This document shows, one piece after another, positions 27,907 to 36,753 of a stretch of DNA of 64,000 nucleotides. Numbering within the stretch: the first letter of the stretch is position 1; each line of letters starts with the position of its first letter. This DNA comes from a virus. The stretch covers positions 5,068 to 69,067 of IMG/VR virus record IMGVR_UViG_3300027687_002091, one strand, 5' to 3'. Made by a program: the position numbers and the translations under genes. The notes beneath the pieces are model-generated. The model was not told where the DNA came from, searched no databases, and worked only from the letters and a program-made list of their open reading frames with translations.

Positions 27907-27966
27907 ATGTTCAAGTCTAACACAACAAATATTAATCGTTGGCCACCAACTGGGGGTATGTCTTGA
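27907..27966 (+). CDS. Putative attenuator leader peptide MFKSNTTNINRWPPTGGMS
   Basis: SD AAGGA 27893-27897; TGG CCA CCA at 27940-27948; overlaps antiterminator arm. Confidence 0.7.
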   Translation: MFKSNTTNINRWPPTGGMS

Positions 27967-27994
27967 CGTGACTTTTTAAAAAGTTATTTTAGAT

Positions 27995-28033
27995 AAGCCC
28001 CTAGCAGTTAATTCAGTTAGGGGCTTTTTTTTT
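27995..28033 (+). terminator. Intrinsic terminator (attenuator) upstream of tRNA-Trp
   Basis: GCCCCTAGC/GTTAGGGGC stem plus 9 T. Confidence 0.9.
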
Positions 28034-28042
28034 GAAGTTTAT

Positions 28043-28117
28043 AGGGGTGTAGTGTTAATGGTAGCACGTGGGATTCCAAATCCTAAAGTTGCGGTTCGAA
28101 TCCGTACACCCTTGCCA
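28043..28117 (+). tRNA. tRNA-Trp(CCA)
   Basis: AGGGGTG/CACCCTT acceptor, TT-CCA-AA loop, G73, CCA end. Confidence 0.93.
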
Positions 28118-28121
28118 ATTA

Positions 28122-28198
28122 CGGAGTATAGGCTAGTCTGGTAAGTCGCTTGCTTTGGGAGCAAGAAATCCGAGGTTCAAATCCTCGTACTCCGACCA
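28122..28198 (+). tRNA. tRNA-Pro(TGG)
   Basis: CGGAGTA/TACTCCG acceptor, TT-TGG-GA loop, CCA end. Confidence 0.95.
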
Positions 28199-28205
28199 AT
28201 TTTTT

Positions 28206-28245
28206 ACCAAAAGTGGTTGACATTTGTATATACTGATGCTATTAT
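28206..28245 (+). promoter_or_regulatory. sigma70-type early promoter
   Basis: ACCAAAAGTGG-TTGACA 28217-28222, 17 bp spacer, TATTAT 28240-28245. Confidence 0.8.
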
Positions 28246-28275
28246 AGTAACATAATTAAATATTGAGAGGCACAC

Positions 28276-29604
28276 ATGCGTACACAACCACAGGCAATTA
28301 TCGAACGTTTAGAAGCAGACAACAGTCGTCTTGCTAAAGAAGCAATAATACTAGAAGCAATGGAAGAAGGACTAGACGAGTTCTTTGAAGGTGTTAAGAT
28401 GGCACTTGATCCATTAGTTACATTTGGTGTTAAACAAGTTCCTGAGAAAGCAGAAAACGAAGTATTGTCAGCACAAGGTTTAAGTTGGGAAAACTTTAAA
28501 GAGCTTGCAGACAAACTAATTGCAAGAGAGCTAACAGGACATGCGGCACGTGATGCAATTATCCTACAAATGAATATAGCAACAGCAGAACAATGGAATG
28601 GGTTTTACAGACGTATTTTAATTAAAGACCTACGTTGTGGTTGTAGTGAAAAGACTGTAAACAAAATTGCTAAGAAATTTCCACAGTATACGATTCCAAC
28701 ATTTACTTGTGCATTAGCACATGACTCAGCTAACCATGAAAAGAAAATGGTAGGTGTAAAGCAAATTGAAGTTAAACTAGATGGTGTACGTGTACTAGCA
28801 ATATGCCGTTCAGGCAAAGTAGAATTGTTTAGTCGTAACGGAAAACAGTTTCATAACTTTCCACACATTATTGCAGAGATTGAATCAGTACTTGCAGTAA
28901 AGCCTGCACCATATGATTGTGTACTAGACGGCGAAGTAATGAGCAAAGACTTTCAAGACCTTATGAAGCAAGTACATCGTAAAGATGGTAAAGCCGCAAC
29001 TGATAGTGTGCTACACTTGTTTGACTTTATTCCATTAGAAGACTTCCTTAAAGGTAGTTGGGATAAAAAGCAAACAGACCGTAGTAACTACGTTAAGTAT
29101 TGGGTACTAGAGAACGAAGACCTCTTAAAGCACGTACAAGCGTGTGAATGGGAAGATGTTGACCTTAGTACTACAGAAGGTAACAAACGCTTTGTAGAGC
29201 TTAATAAGACGGCTGTAGACGGTGGCTACGAAGGCGTAATGATTAAAGACGTTGATGCACCCTACGAATGCAAACGTACACATGCTTGGTTAAAGGCAAA
29301 ACCGTTTATCGAAATTACATTAACCGTCGTTGACGTTGAAGAAGGCACAGGACGTAACGAAGGAAGACTAGGTGCTGTAATAGTAGAAGGAGAAGACGAT
29401 GGATACAATTATCGCCTTAACTGTGGGAGTGGTTTCACTGACGCTCAACGTGATGAGTACTGGACTGAACGTGCTAGTCTCATTGGTCAGCTAATTGAAA
29501 TAAGAGCAGATGCTCGAACACAATCACAAGACAGTGAAACATACAGTTTACGCTTTCCACGATTCAAAACATTCCGTGGATTTCAAGCTGGTGAGAAGAT
29601 ATAA
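28276..29604 (+). CDS. lig: ATP-dependent DNA ligase
   Basis: EVKLDGVR, VLDGE, EGVMIK, WLKAK, CGSGF, SLRFPRF. Confidence 0.96.
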   Translation: MRTQPQAIIERLEADNSRLAKEAIILEAMEEGLDEFFEGVKMALDPLVTFGVKQVPEKAENEVLSAQGLSWENFKELADKLIARELTGHAARDAIILQMNIATAEQWNGFYRRILIKDLRCGCSEKTVNKIAKKFPQYTIPTFTCALAHDSANHEKKMVGVKQIEVKLDGVRVLAICRSGKVELFSRNGKQFHNFPHIIAEIESVLAVKPAPYDCVLDGEVMSKDFQDLMKQVHRKDGKAATDSVLHLFDFIPLEDFLKGSWDKKQTDRSNYVKYWVLENEDLLKHVQACEWEDVDLSTTEGNKRFVELNKTAVDGGYEGVMIKDVDAPYECKRTHAWLKAKPFIEITLTVVDVEEGTGRNEGRLGAVIVEGEDDGYNYRLNCGSGFTDAQRDEYWTERASLIGQLIEIRADARTQSQDSETYSLRFPRFKTFRGFQAGEKI

Positions 29605-29614
29605 AGAGGAGAGC

Positions 29615-30319
29615 ATGAATAATATTGAATTTATTTGTGGGGACAAAAGTGTCTTAACAAATTTTCCTATTGTACCAGCTAAGGACTGTTTACCTGATTG
29701 GTACAGTGGACTTAAAGCAAATAACAATAACGGTGTTCCGACTATTGCAGGCTGTTGGCCTGTGAGAGATATGGTCACTGCAGGTTATATTATACCAAAT
29801 GTATTTGAGCAAGAGATTATTGCACAAACCAATCAGTCAACAGGAGAAGAAGAACTTGAAAGAGTGTTTCCGGTTGAACGTATTGGAGAATTTATGGAAT
29901 TGCAAAACAAGTTTACTTCTCCATCAGCATTTCATCAACATCAACAATGTCCTGTACACATACAAGGCAAAAAGAAATCTTATATTAAAGTATCTGTACC
30001 TTGGACGATTAGAACTCCTCCGGGTTATAGTTGTTTGTTTGTACAACCGTTTTGGCACTTTGACCAAGAGTTTGTAATAATGCCTGCAATTATTGATACT
30101 GATGAATTTGATTTAAACAACCTTAACTTTCCTTGTTACCTAACTGATCCTGTAAAATTATTAAAGCCAGGCGAACCGTTGGTGCAAGTAATACCTTTTA
30201 AAAGAGAAAGTTGGAAGCATACACTTAGCTATGAGGCTCCGACAACGAGAAGTAAAATGAATTTATTTCTACACAATATGTACAAAAGAGCATTTCATCA
30301 AAAGAAAAATTTCCAATAA
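29615..30319 (+). CDS. Conserved phage hypothetical protein (DUF6065-like)
   Basis: SD GAGGAG; PWTIRTPPGYSCLF, IIDTD, GEPLVQVIPFKRE. Confidence 0.65.
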   Translation: MNNIEFICGDKSVLTNFPIVPAKDCLPDWYSGLKANNNNGVPTIAGCWPVRDMVTAGYIIPNVFEQEIIAQTNQSTGEEELERVFPVERIGEFMELQNKFTSPSAFHQHQQCPVHIQGKKKSYIKVSVPWTIRTPPGYSCLFVQPFWHFDQEFVIMPAIIDTDEFDLNNLNFPCYLTDPVKLLKPGEPLVQVIPFKRESWKHTLSYEAPTTRSKMNLFLHNMYKRAFHQKKNFQ

Positions 30320-30322
30320 TGC

Positions 30323-30351
30323 TTGACTTTATTACAAGTTGGCTATATACT
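30323..30351 (+). promoter_or_regulatory. sigma70-type promoter
   Basis: TTGACT-17-TATACT. Confidence 0.7.
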
Positions 30352-30377
30352 GTTTATACACATTAGAGGAGTGACAC

Positions 30378-31685
30378 ATGGCTAGAGTAAATAAAATCAC
30401 AGGTAGAGCAACAAAAAAGAAGGCTCCTCGTGGTGCACCACGTTTAAAACGTGGTAATAAACTTACTGAACCTAGTTGGGAAGGTTGGGAAGAATGGACT
30501 GGTGAACAATACCATAGAGCTAACCAACATGCCCGTGCATGGTATTATGAAAATTATAAACCAGTAGATTTATATCCAGCTGTAGAGGCTTGGATGACAC
30601 AGAATGGTTATACTAAAGAACAAGTACAGCAAGTAAAAGCCGCACCAACACATGCACTAAGCATCACTGGTGGAATTACTGCTAAACTACTAATGAACGG
30701 CATGCCTGATTATAATAAAAAGCATGACGAGTTTTGGCAGAGCCTAGCAGGCACAATGGGTACAATGGCTCCTGCAACAGATTTTCTTAAAAAACGTGTT
30801 AATGAAGCAATAGATCAAGGTGCTTATATAGTTACGCAGAAGAAACAAGATGAAGCAGAAAAAGCAAAAGTACATCAACCTACAATACAAGAACGTATTC
30901 GTGAACAAGTTAACTTACAATCAGAAGCAATAGAAGAATGGCTAGATGGGTGGATAACAGACCCAAAGTCATTTGACCCTAAAGGGTTTAACTTTAGCCA
31001 GCACTTCCAAAATCATAGTGTGACACAAGCTCATGCACGTAAGATTGCTAGTTACTACGACGGTGAAATAAAAGAGTATACAGAACTGTTAAATTTGCCT
31101 AGTAAAGCAAAGATTGCTAAGATGGACGAACATGCACAAGACATGTTAGAACAACTTAAAGAAGCATATGCACATCTTAGTAAAGATGATGTAAAGAAAA
31201 TACTCGAAGCACTAAACAATATACAAATGTCTTGCCAACTAGTAGTTGATACAAGTAAAGCAACACGTAAGACTAGAAAACGTAAGCCTAAGAGTGCTGA
31301 CAAGCTAGTTGAAAAGCTAAAGTTTTTGAAAGTAGATAATAAGAATAGTCTTGCAAGTATTAATCCTATAGATATCATATATGCTAACGAACTTTGGGTG
31401 TTTAATATTAAGACACGGAAGATTGGTAAGTATGTTGCTAAGAACATAGATCCACAAGGTATGCAACGTGAAGGTAGTGGACTTAGTGTCAAAGGTACAA
31501 CTATTATAGGATTTAACGAAGTAGAAAGTGTACAAAAGACACTACGTAAGCCTGATGAAAAACTTAAAGAGTTTAAAGATGCAGGCAAAGTTAAATTACG
31601 TACATTTATAGAAGACATCAATGCTGTAGACATTAAACTTAATGGTAGGATTAATACGGATACTATACTTCTCAAGGTAAGTTGA
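30378..31685 (+). CDS. Conserved large-phage hypothetical protein
   Basis: 435 aa; LWVFNIKTRK, SVKGTTI, KTLRKP, NGRIN motifs. Confidence 0.75.
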   Translation: MARVNKITGRATKKKAPRGAPRLKRGNKLTEPSWEGWEEWTGEQYHRANQHARAWYYENYKPVDLYPAVEAWMTQNGYTKEQVQQVKAAPTHALSITGGITAKLLMNGMPDYNKKHDEFWQSLAGTMGTMAPATDFLKKRVNEAIDQGAYIVTQKKQDEAEKAKVHQPTIQERIREQVNLQSEAIEEWLDGWITDPKSFDPKGFNFSQHFQNHSVTQAHARKIASYYDGEIKEYTELLNLPSKAKIAKMDEHAQDMLEQLKEAYAHLSKDDVKKILEALNNIQMSCQLVVDTSKATRKTRKRKPKSADKLVEKLKFLKVDNKNSLASINPIDIIYANELWVFNIKTRKIGKYVAKNIDPQGMQREGSGLSVKGTTIIGFNEVESVQKTLRKPDEKLKEFKDAGKVKLRTFIEDINAVDIKLNGRINTDTILLKVS

Positions 31686-31696
31686 TAAATACTTGT

Positions 31697-32764
31697 ATGA
31701 GCCAGATAGATAATATAAGACAAGGTCTCGCACGTCTAGCAACGACTGTAGAGACTATAGCAAACACACAAGCCGCAGAAATGCCAGCCGCAACTGTAAA
31801 CAGTATTAGCGGAAACGCAATTCATGGAGGCAAAATCACATTACTTAAAAGTACAGGAATCAACGACAAAGCAACTAGAACTAGTTTGCTTGTAGAAGAT
31901 GATATGATTACTGTAGGTAATATGGATGTAGATAACCTAATTGGTGATATTGATGTAAGTGGTGCATTAACTGTACATGGTACTCTTACTGCTGGTAAAT
32001 TACATGTTGAAGAAATGAGTTCAACACAAAAGGTTACACAAAATATCGACTTTACTGCTCAAGGCGGAACCATTGACATGATGGGTATGCAATGGAGACA
32101 AGAAGGCGAAGCAACTAAGCAAATCGTATGGCGTGGAGATAGGTTCTACATCAGTAATACAATTGATTTGCATAGAAATGCTGTAATTGAAATAGATAAC
32201 ATTCCTGTACTAAGTGCAGATAAACTAGGTGTTACTGTAAAGCACAGTGAACTAGAACATGTAGGTACACTAAACAATTTACGTGTATCAGGCAACATAA
32301 ACATTGATGACTTTGTTACATACGATGGTGGAACAATGCGTTTTGCTATTGGTGCTGAAGCACCTAATGCACAGTTTAGTGTAGCAAGTAACGAAGCAGA
32401 GTTTGTAGTTGATCCTGAGTTTGATCACGTTAGAGTAGGTGCATATACTACAAGTAAAATGAGTTTGATTACTGACAACAAAGAACGTATTGTTATTAAA
32501 GAACAAGGCGGAGTTGAAGTCAAAGGCACGTTAGGTATTAAGGTACAATACCCAGGTGATGATGTAGATCTACAAGTAGCAGGTGCTATTAGGTTTGCAG
32601 ATAAACGACTAGCAGTAGGCAACGAAATGCCTATTACAGGAAACAATAACCAAGGTGATATTGTATACGATACTAAACCAGTAGCAGGTGGTTACATGGG
32701 TTGGGTATGTATAGAAGGCGGTGCACCTGGTATATGGAAACAATTCGGGAAGATAGAAGCATGA
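31697..32764 (+). CDS. Putative virion structural (fibre-associated) protein
   Basis: Late promoter; SELEHVGTL repeat; GDIVYD..P..GGYMGWVC..GG.PG.W C-terminus. Confidence 0.6.
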   Translation: MSQIDNIRQGLARLATTVETIANTQAAEMPAATVNSISGNAIHGGKITLLKSTGINDKATRTSLLVEDDMITVGNMDVDNLIGDIDVSGALTVHGTLTAGKLHVEEMSSTQKVTQNIDFTAQGGTIDMMGMQWRQEGEATKQIVWRGDRFYISNTIDLHRNAVIEIDNIPVLSADKLGVTVKHSELEHVGTLNNLRVSGNINIDDFVTYDGGTMRFAIGAEAPNAQFSVASNEAEFVVDPEFDHVRVGAYTTSKMSLITDNKERIVIKEQGGVEVKGTLGIKVQYPGDDVDLQVAGAIRFADKRLAVGNEMPITGNNNQGDIVYDTKPVAGGYMGWVCIEGGAPGIWKQFGKIEA

Positions 32765-33180
32765 CAGCATTAGTAAACATAAGTGCAGATAACGTTCTTG
32801 CAATTAGAGAAGGACTTAACGGTCTAGGTAATGCACTTCTATCAATCAATGCCATAGCAGGAGATGATACGTCATCTAGACTTATTATCGATGGCGGCGG
32901 CACACTTAAAGTACAAGGCACTTCGAACACAGTGTTTGAAGGTAATGTAGGTATTGGTGTTTCATCAGTAACAATTGGCGTATCTCTAGAAACTAGCGGA
33001 CCCGTTAAGTTTCAAAGTAAGAAGATGGAAGTTGGTAACGGTATTCCAACTATTGGTCTTTATAATCAAGGTGACATTGTATGGCATGATGCACCTAGTC
33101 CAGGCGGCAATTTAGGTTGGATTTGTGTTAGAACTGGCACTCCAGGTGAGTGGCGTTCGTTTGGTGCAATTTCAGGTTAA
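32761..33180 (+). CDS. Putative virion structural protein, paralog of the upstream C-terminus
   Basis: GNVGIG; QGDIVW...GWICVRTGTPGEW. Confidence 0.6.
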   Translation: MTALVNISADNVLAIREGLNGLGNALLSINAIAGDDTSSRLIIDGGGTLKVQGTSNTVFEGNVGIGVSSVTIGVSLETSGPVKFQSKKMEVGNGIPTIGLYNQGDIVWHDAPSPGGNLGWICVRTGTPGEWRSFGAISG

Positions 33181-33223
33181 GTAACGATTTAATCTCTAAC
33201 AATAAGATAGTAAATACTTTGTG

Positions 33224-33241
33224 GTGTAACTTGTTTTACAC
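33224..33241. promoter_or_regulatory. Second GTGTAA-N6-TTACAC site, just downstream of a late promoter
   Basis: GTGTAACTTGTTTTACAC; TAAATA 33211-33216. Confidence 0.55.
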
Positions 33242-33270
33242 TTCGAATAGCAACGATAGAGGCAAAATAA

Positions 33271-33600
33271 ATGGACAACAAAAAACAAAAAATAGAAGAC
33301 AAAATAGAACAACAAGTTGAGCGTTGGGATCTCTTTGCGAGAATTATCCCTACAGTATTCTTAGTGGTATGCTCAATATTAATCTTTACAGGCATAGTAG
33401 ACTTTCAACAGGCATTTTGGGCGGGTCTTGGACTGTTTGCTGTAACAGCAGTAACGTGGTGGTTCTGGACTATATACACTATAAAACACTTAGTTAGAAC
33501 ACTTCATAGGGCATCCAAAAACTTAGCCGAGGTCCGTCGAGAGTTTAGAGACGTATCAAAGGATCTAGAGGATCTAAGGAACAATAATGATGAAGCATAA
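33271..33600 (+). CDS. Two-TM membrane protein with coiled coil
   Basis: Two hydrophobic segments followed by a heptad-like tail. Confidence 0.65.
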   Translation: MDNKKQKIEDKIEQQVERWDLFARIIPTVFLVVCSILIFTGIVDFQQAFWAGLGLFAVTAVTWWFWTIYTIKHLVRTLHRASKNLAEVRREFRDVSKDLEDLRNNNDEA

Positions 33601-34066
33601 AAAATTTATAATAATAAAAGCGGCCACTAGTATAATCAGTGGAATAAGTATGGTTACACTTATTGTACTAGGTATAACATATTTAGGATTTACTAATGCA
33701 TTTGTATTTAATAATGCAGGCATTGCAGTAACAAACAATCCAGTAAACGGTGGGCAGATTGACTTTATTCTAGAGGGCAGTCGAAAACATGAATGTACAC
33801 TAACAGGAGTATACTCAGATGCATATGATAACGCTACTGGTGAAAAATTTGAATTAGACTTTGCTAGAAAAATATACATAAGATCAAATGATTATCTTGG
33901 CTCAGACACAGGCATAGTAGATCATCAATGGGCAATGCCTGTACCAGATGACATGCCACCGGGTGTATATGAAGTAAAGCTATACAGTGAGTTTGATTGC
34001 GTATACTTACTTTTCAAACAACACAAAAGCCAAATGTTTGATAACATCTCACTCATCATAGAGTAA
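33587..34066 (+). CDS. Single-TM exported protein
   Basis: N-terminal TM, beta-rich domain with 2 Cys. Confidence 0.65.
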   Translation: MMKHKKFIIIKAATSIISGISMVTLIVLGITYLGFTNAFVFNNAGIAVTNNPVNGGQIDFILEGSRKHECTLTGVYSDAYDNATGEKFELDFARKIYIRSNDYLGSDTGIVDHQWAMPVPDDMPPGVYEVKLYSEFDCVYLLFKQHKSQMFDNISLIIE

Positions 34067-34074
34067 ATACTTAC

Positions 34075-34629
34075 ATGCTAGTAATTGGAAACGGCTCTAG
34101 CCGTAAAGACATTCCTATTGATAAGATATATCAAGAGAAGATAGGCTGTAATGCTATCTTTAGAGATCACTACGTACAGCGTTTAGTATGCTGTGATAAG
34201 CGTATGGTTAAACAAGCAATCCCGCATCACAAAAGTATATACACTAGACAGCGTTGGAATAAAGAACTAGGTGTACTAGCATTGCCCGATCTAATCGAAG
34301 AAGGTACGCAAAGAATAGACGAACCTTTTCATTGGGGTAGTGGCCCGTATGCAGTATTACTGGGTGCAACACTAGACAATAAAGTAAACCTAATAGGATT
34401 TGACTTATATAGTACAAATAACAAAGTCAATAATATATACAAAGGCACAGAAGGCTATAGTAGTGTTGACTCACATGCAGTTGATCACAGTTATTGGGTA
34501 CATCAAATAGCTAAAGTATTTGAATGGTTTCCAAAAACATCATTTAGAATATATAATACTCCCGATTGGCAACTACCAAAAGAGTGGAAATTGGCTAATA
34601 TTTCACTTGACATCCAGACAAACTTATAG
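34075..34629 (+). CDS. Glycosyltransferase/DUF115-like Rossmann protein
   Basis: VIGNGSSR, IGCNA, SGP.A, LIGFD. Confidence 0.55.
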   Translation: MLVIGNGSSRKDIPIDKIYQEKIGCNAIFRDHYVQRLVCCDKRMVKQAIPHHKSIYTRQRWNKELGVLALPDLIEEGTQRIDEPFHWGSGPYAVLLGATLDNKVNLIGFDLYSTNNKVNNIYKGTEGYSSVDSHAVDHSYWVHQIAKVFEWFPKTSFRIYNTPDWQLPKEWKLANISLDIQTNL

Positions 34630-34635
34630 TATAAT
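34607..34635 (+). promoter_or_regulatory. sigma70 consensus promoter for queD
   Basis: TTGACA-17-TATAAT. Confidence 0.85.
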
Positions 34636-34711
34636 AAGTACATAACACAACAGAGGACTTACTACGTCGACCCTCTTTAAATACTCCGCCGTTTAATATA
34701 GGAGAATACAT

Positions 34712-35161
34712 ATGAGTAATTATTATAGTACAAAAACATACGGACACAACATCGGACTATCAGCGGTGTTCCGTCAACCTAACGCAGAGCATTCACACTG
34801 TCATCTATTACACGGATACAGTTTACAATTTAAATTTACATTTGGTTGCAAAGAACTAGATGAAAAGAACTGGGCAGTTGACTTTGGTAACTTAAAACAA
34901 CTAAAAGCCTGGTTGGAAGATAGCTTTGATCATAAGACATGTGTAGACTTTAACGATCCACACAAGCAAGACTTCTATGATCTACAAGACAAAGGATTAT
35001 GTGAGGTAAGAGAGTTTGACGGTGTAGGCGCAGAGAAGTTTGCAGAACATGCTTGGAACTTCGCAGATATGCTTGTACGTGGAATAACAGACAACCGTTG
35101 TTATTGTGTACGTGCAGAGTGTGCAGAACACGGTGCTAACTCGGCAATATACGAGGCCTAA
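34712..35161 (+). CDS. queD: 6-carboxytetrahydropterin synthase QueD / PTPS family
   Basis: HCHLLHGY, VDFG.LK, FDH, GAEKFAE, EHGANSA. Confidence 0.85.
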   Translation: MSNYYSTKTYGHNIGLSAVFRQPNAEHSHCHLLHGYSLQFKFTFGCKELDEKNWAVDFGNLKQLKAWLEDSFDHKTCVDFNDPHKQDFYDLQDKGLCEVREFDGVGAEKFAEHAWNFADMLVRGITDNRCYCVRAECAEHGANSAIYEA

Positions 35162-35164
35162 CAA

Positions 35165-36064
35165 TTGGCTAAGATTGATAAAAGTCAATATACTAAAGCA
35201 CAATGGAATATTGTTCGTGCGGCAAGGCGTAAAGAAAAAGATGAACGCAGAGCTGAAAAAGCACGATCTAAGAATCCCTCGGTTGAGGCCGTAATACCTC
35301 CGCAAGAGCCAACGGTTAGCTCTTCCATCGAAGTACATAATCAAAATCAAGATATTAAAAATTATGTAGTTTGTTTGAAACATGGCAGTAAGTACTCATC
35401 AGAGTATGTCAATAAACTTCATAACATGTGCAAAAGGCATCTAACAGTGCCCTTTGAATTTGTTTGCTTTACAGACGACTTGCGTGGAATTGATGCTAAC
35501 ATCAAGACCATAACACTAAAGGAGATTGGTGTGTCTGGTTGGTGGTATAAGCCTATGTTCTTTGACAAGAATTTTCCTCTTGATGGTACTTTACTGTACA
35601 TGGATCTAGACATTGTTATTAATGCAAACATTGATAACTTGTTTACATATCAACCTGATAAATTTTGTATCATTCGTGACTTTAATCGTTCACTACGTCA
35701 TGATTGGAACAGAATGAATAGTAGTATTTTTAGATTAAAATCAAGCTCAATGGGTTATGTGTTTGACAACTTTATGGAAAGTCATGAAATGAACATACGT
35801 AGATTCCATGGAGACCAAGATTGGATTTATGACCAAGTAGGTCCTAACAGACAAGAATGGGTGTTTTGGCCAGACGAATGGATTTTAAGTTACAAGTGGG
35901 AGATGAGAGATAGAAACGACTTAGTTAAACTACATAATCAACCACGCAACTTTAAAGAAAAGAAAGTACCCAAAGTATTACCAAAGACATGTGTAGCAGT
36001 ATTTCACGGTGAACCTCATCCACACCAGTGCGAAGATGACTGGGTTAAGGAGAATTGGAAATGA
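35165..36064 (+). CDS. GT-A glycosyltransferase
   Basis: VCLKHGSKY, FVCFTD, GWWYK, YMDLD, NSS, GDQDWI, VFHGEPHP. Confidence 0.8.
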   Translation: MAKIDKSQYTKAQWNIVRAARRKEKDERRAEKARSKNPSVEAVIPPQEPTVSSSIEVHNQNQDIKNYVVCLKHGSKYSSEYVNKLHNMCKRHLTVPFEFVCFTDDLRGIDANIKTITLKEIGVSGWWYKPMFFDKNFPLDGTLLYMDLDIVINANIDNLFTYQPDKFCIIRDFNRSLRHDWNRMNSSIFRLKSSSMGYVFDNFMESHEMNIRRFHGDQDWIYDQVGPNRQEWVFWPDEWILSYKWEMRDRNDLVKLHNQPRNFKEKKVPKVLPKTCVAVFHGEPHPHQCEDDWVKENWK

Positions 36065-36753
36065 TGTTTGTATTTGACGTAGACGGAACACTTACACCAA
36101 GTCGTAAAGAAATGAACAATGTCTTTAAATGGTGGTTTCAAGAAAATATTCAGAACTACTGTTTTGTAACAGGTAGTGATAGAGATAAAACAATTGAGCA
36201 AGTTGGCCTAGATATGTTTGTTGGTGCAAAATATAGTTTTAACTGTAACGGCAACGATGTAAATTTTTACGGAGCACAAATACATACTAATGATTGGACA
36301 TTGCCTGTAACAGCAAGAAACTGGTTAGATGAAAAACTAGAACAAAGCGAATTTGTTTTACGTACAGGTAATCATATTGAAGAACGGCCTGGTATGGTTA
36401 ACTTTAGTATTGTAGGACGTAACGCTACAATGGGTGAACGCAAACTATATGTTGAATATGATACAAAACTTAATGAGCGTAATACTATAACAGAAATGTT
36501 TAATGAAGCTTTTCCAGAACTAGATGCAAAAGCAGGAGGAGAAACTGGTATTGATATTGGTCCTAAAGGATCAGACAAAAGCCAAGTAATTAAATTTATT
36601 GATGATGAAGAACTTGTGTTCTTTGGAGATCGTATGGATCCTTTAGGCAATGATTATCCGTTATCCAAAATAATACTTGACAACAGCTTAGGAAAGTGTT
36701 ATAATGTAAAGGACTACAACGAAACTTGGGAATTATTAAAACAATATGTATAA
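36055..36753 (+). CDS. HAD-IIB phosphomannomutase (eukaryotic PMM-like)
   Basis: FDVDGTLT, VTGSD, RTGNHIEER.GMVNFS, FFGDR...GNDY. Confidence 0.85.
   Translation: MEMMFVFDVDGTLTPSRKEMNNVFKWWFQENIQNYCFVTGSDRDKTIEQVGLDMFVGAKYSFNCNGNDVNFYGAQIHTNDWTLPVTARNWLDEKLEQSEFVLRTGNHIEERPGMVNFSIVGRNATMGERKLYVEYDTKLNERNTITEMFNEAFPELDAKAGGETGIDIGPKGSDKSQVIKFIDDEELVFFGDRMDPLGNDYPLSKIILDNSLGKCYNVKDYNETWELLKQYV

Noticed and set aside
31055-31723. Long minus-strand ORFs (also 1821-2366, 50841-51455 and many within the fibre genes)
   Set aside because: Antisense shadows of well-supported + strand genes with no recognisable motifs.
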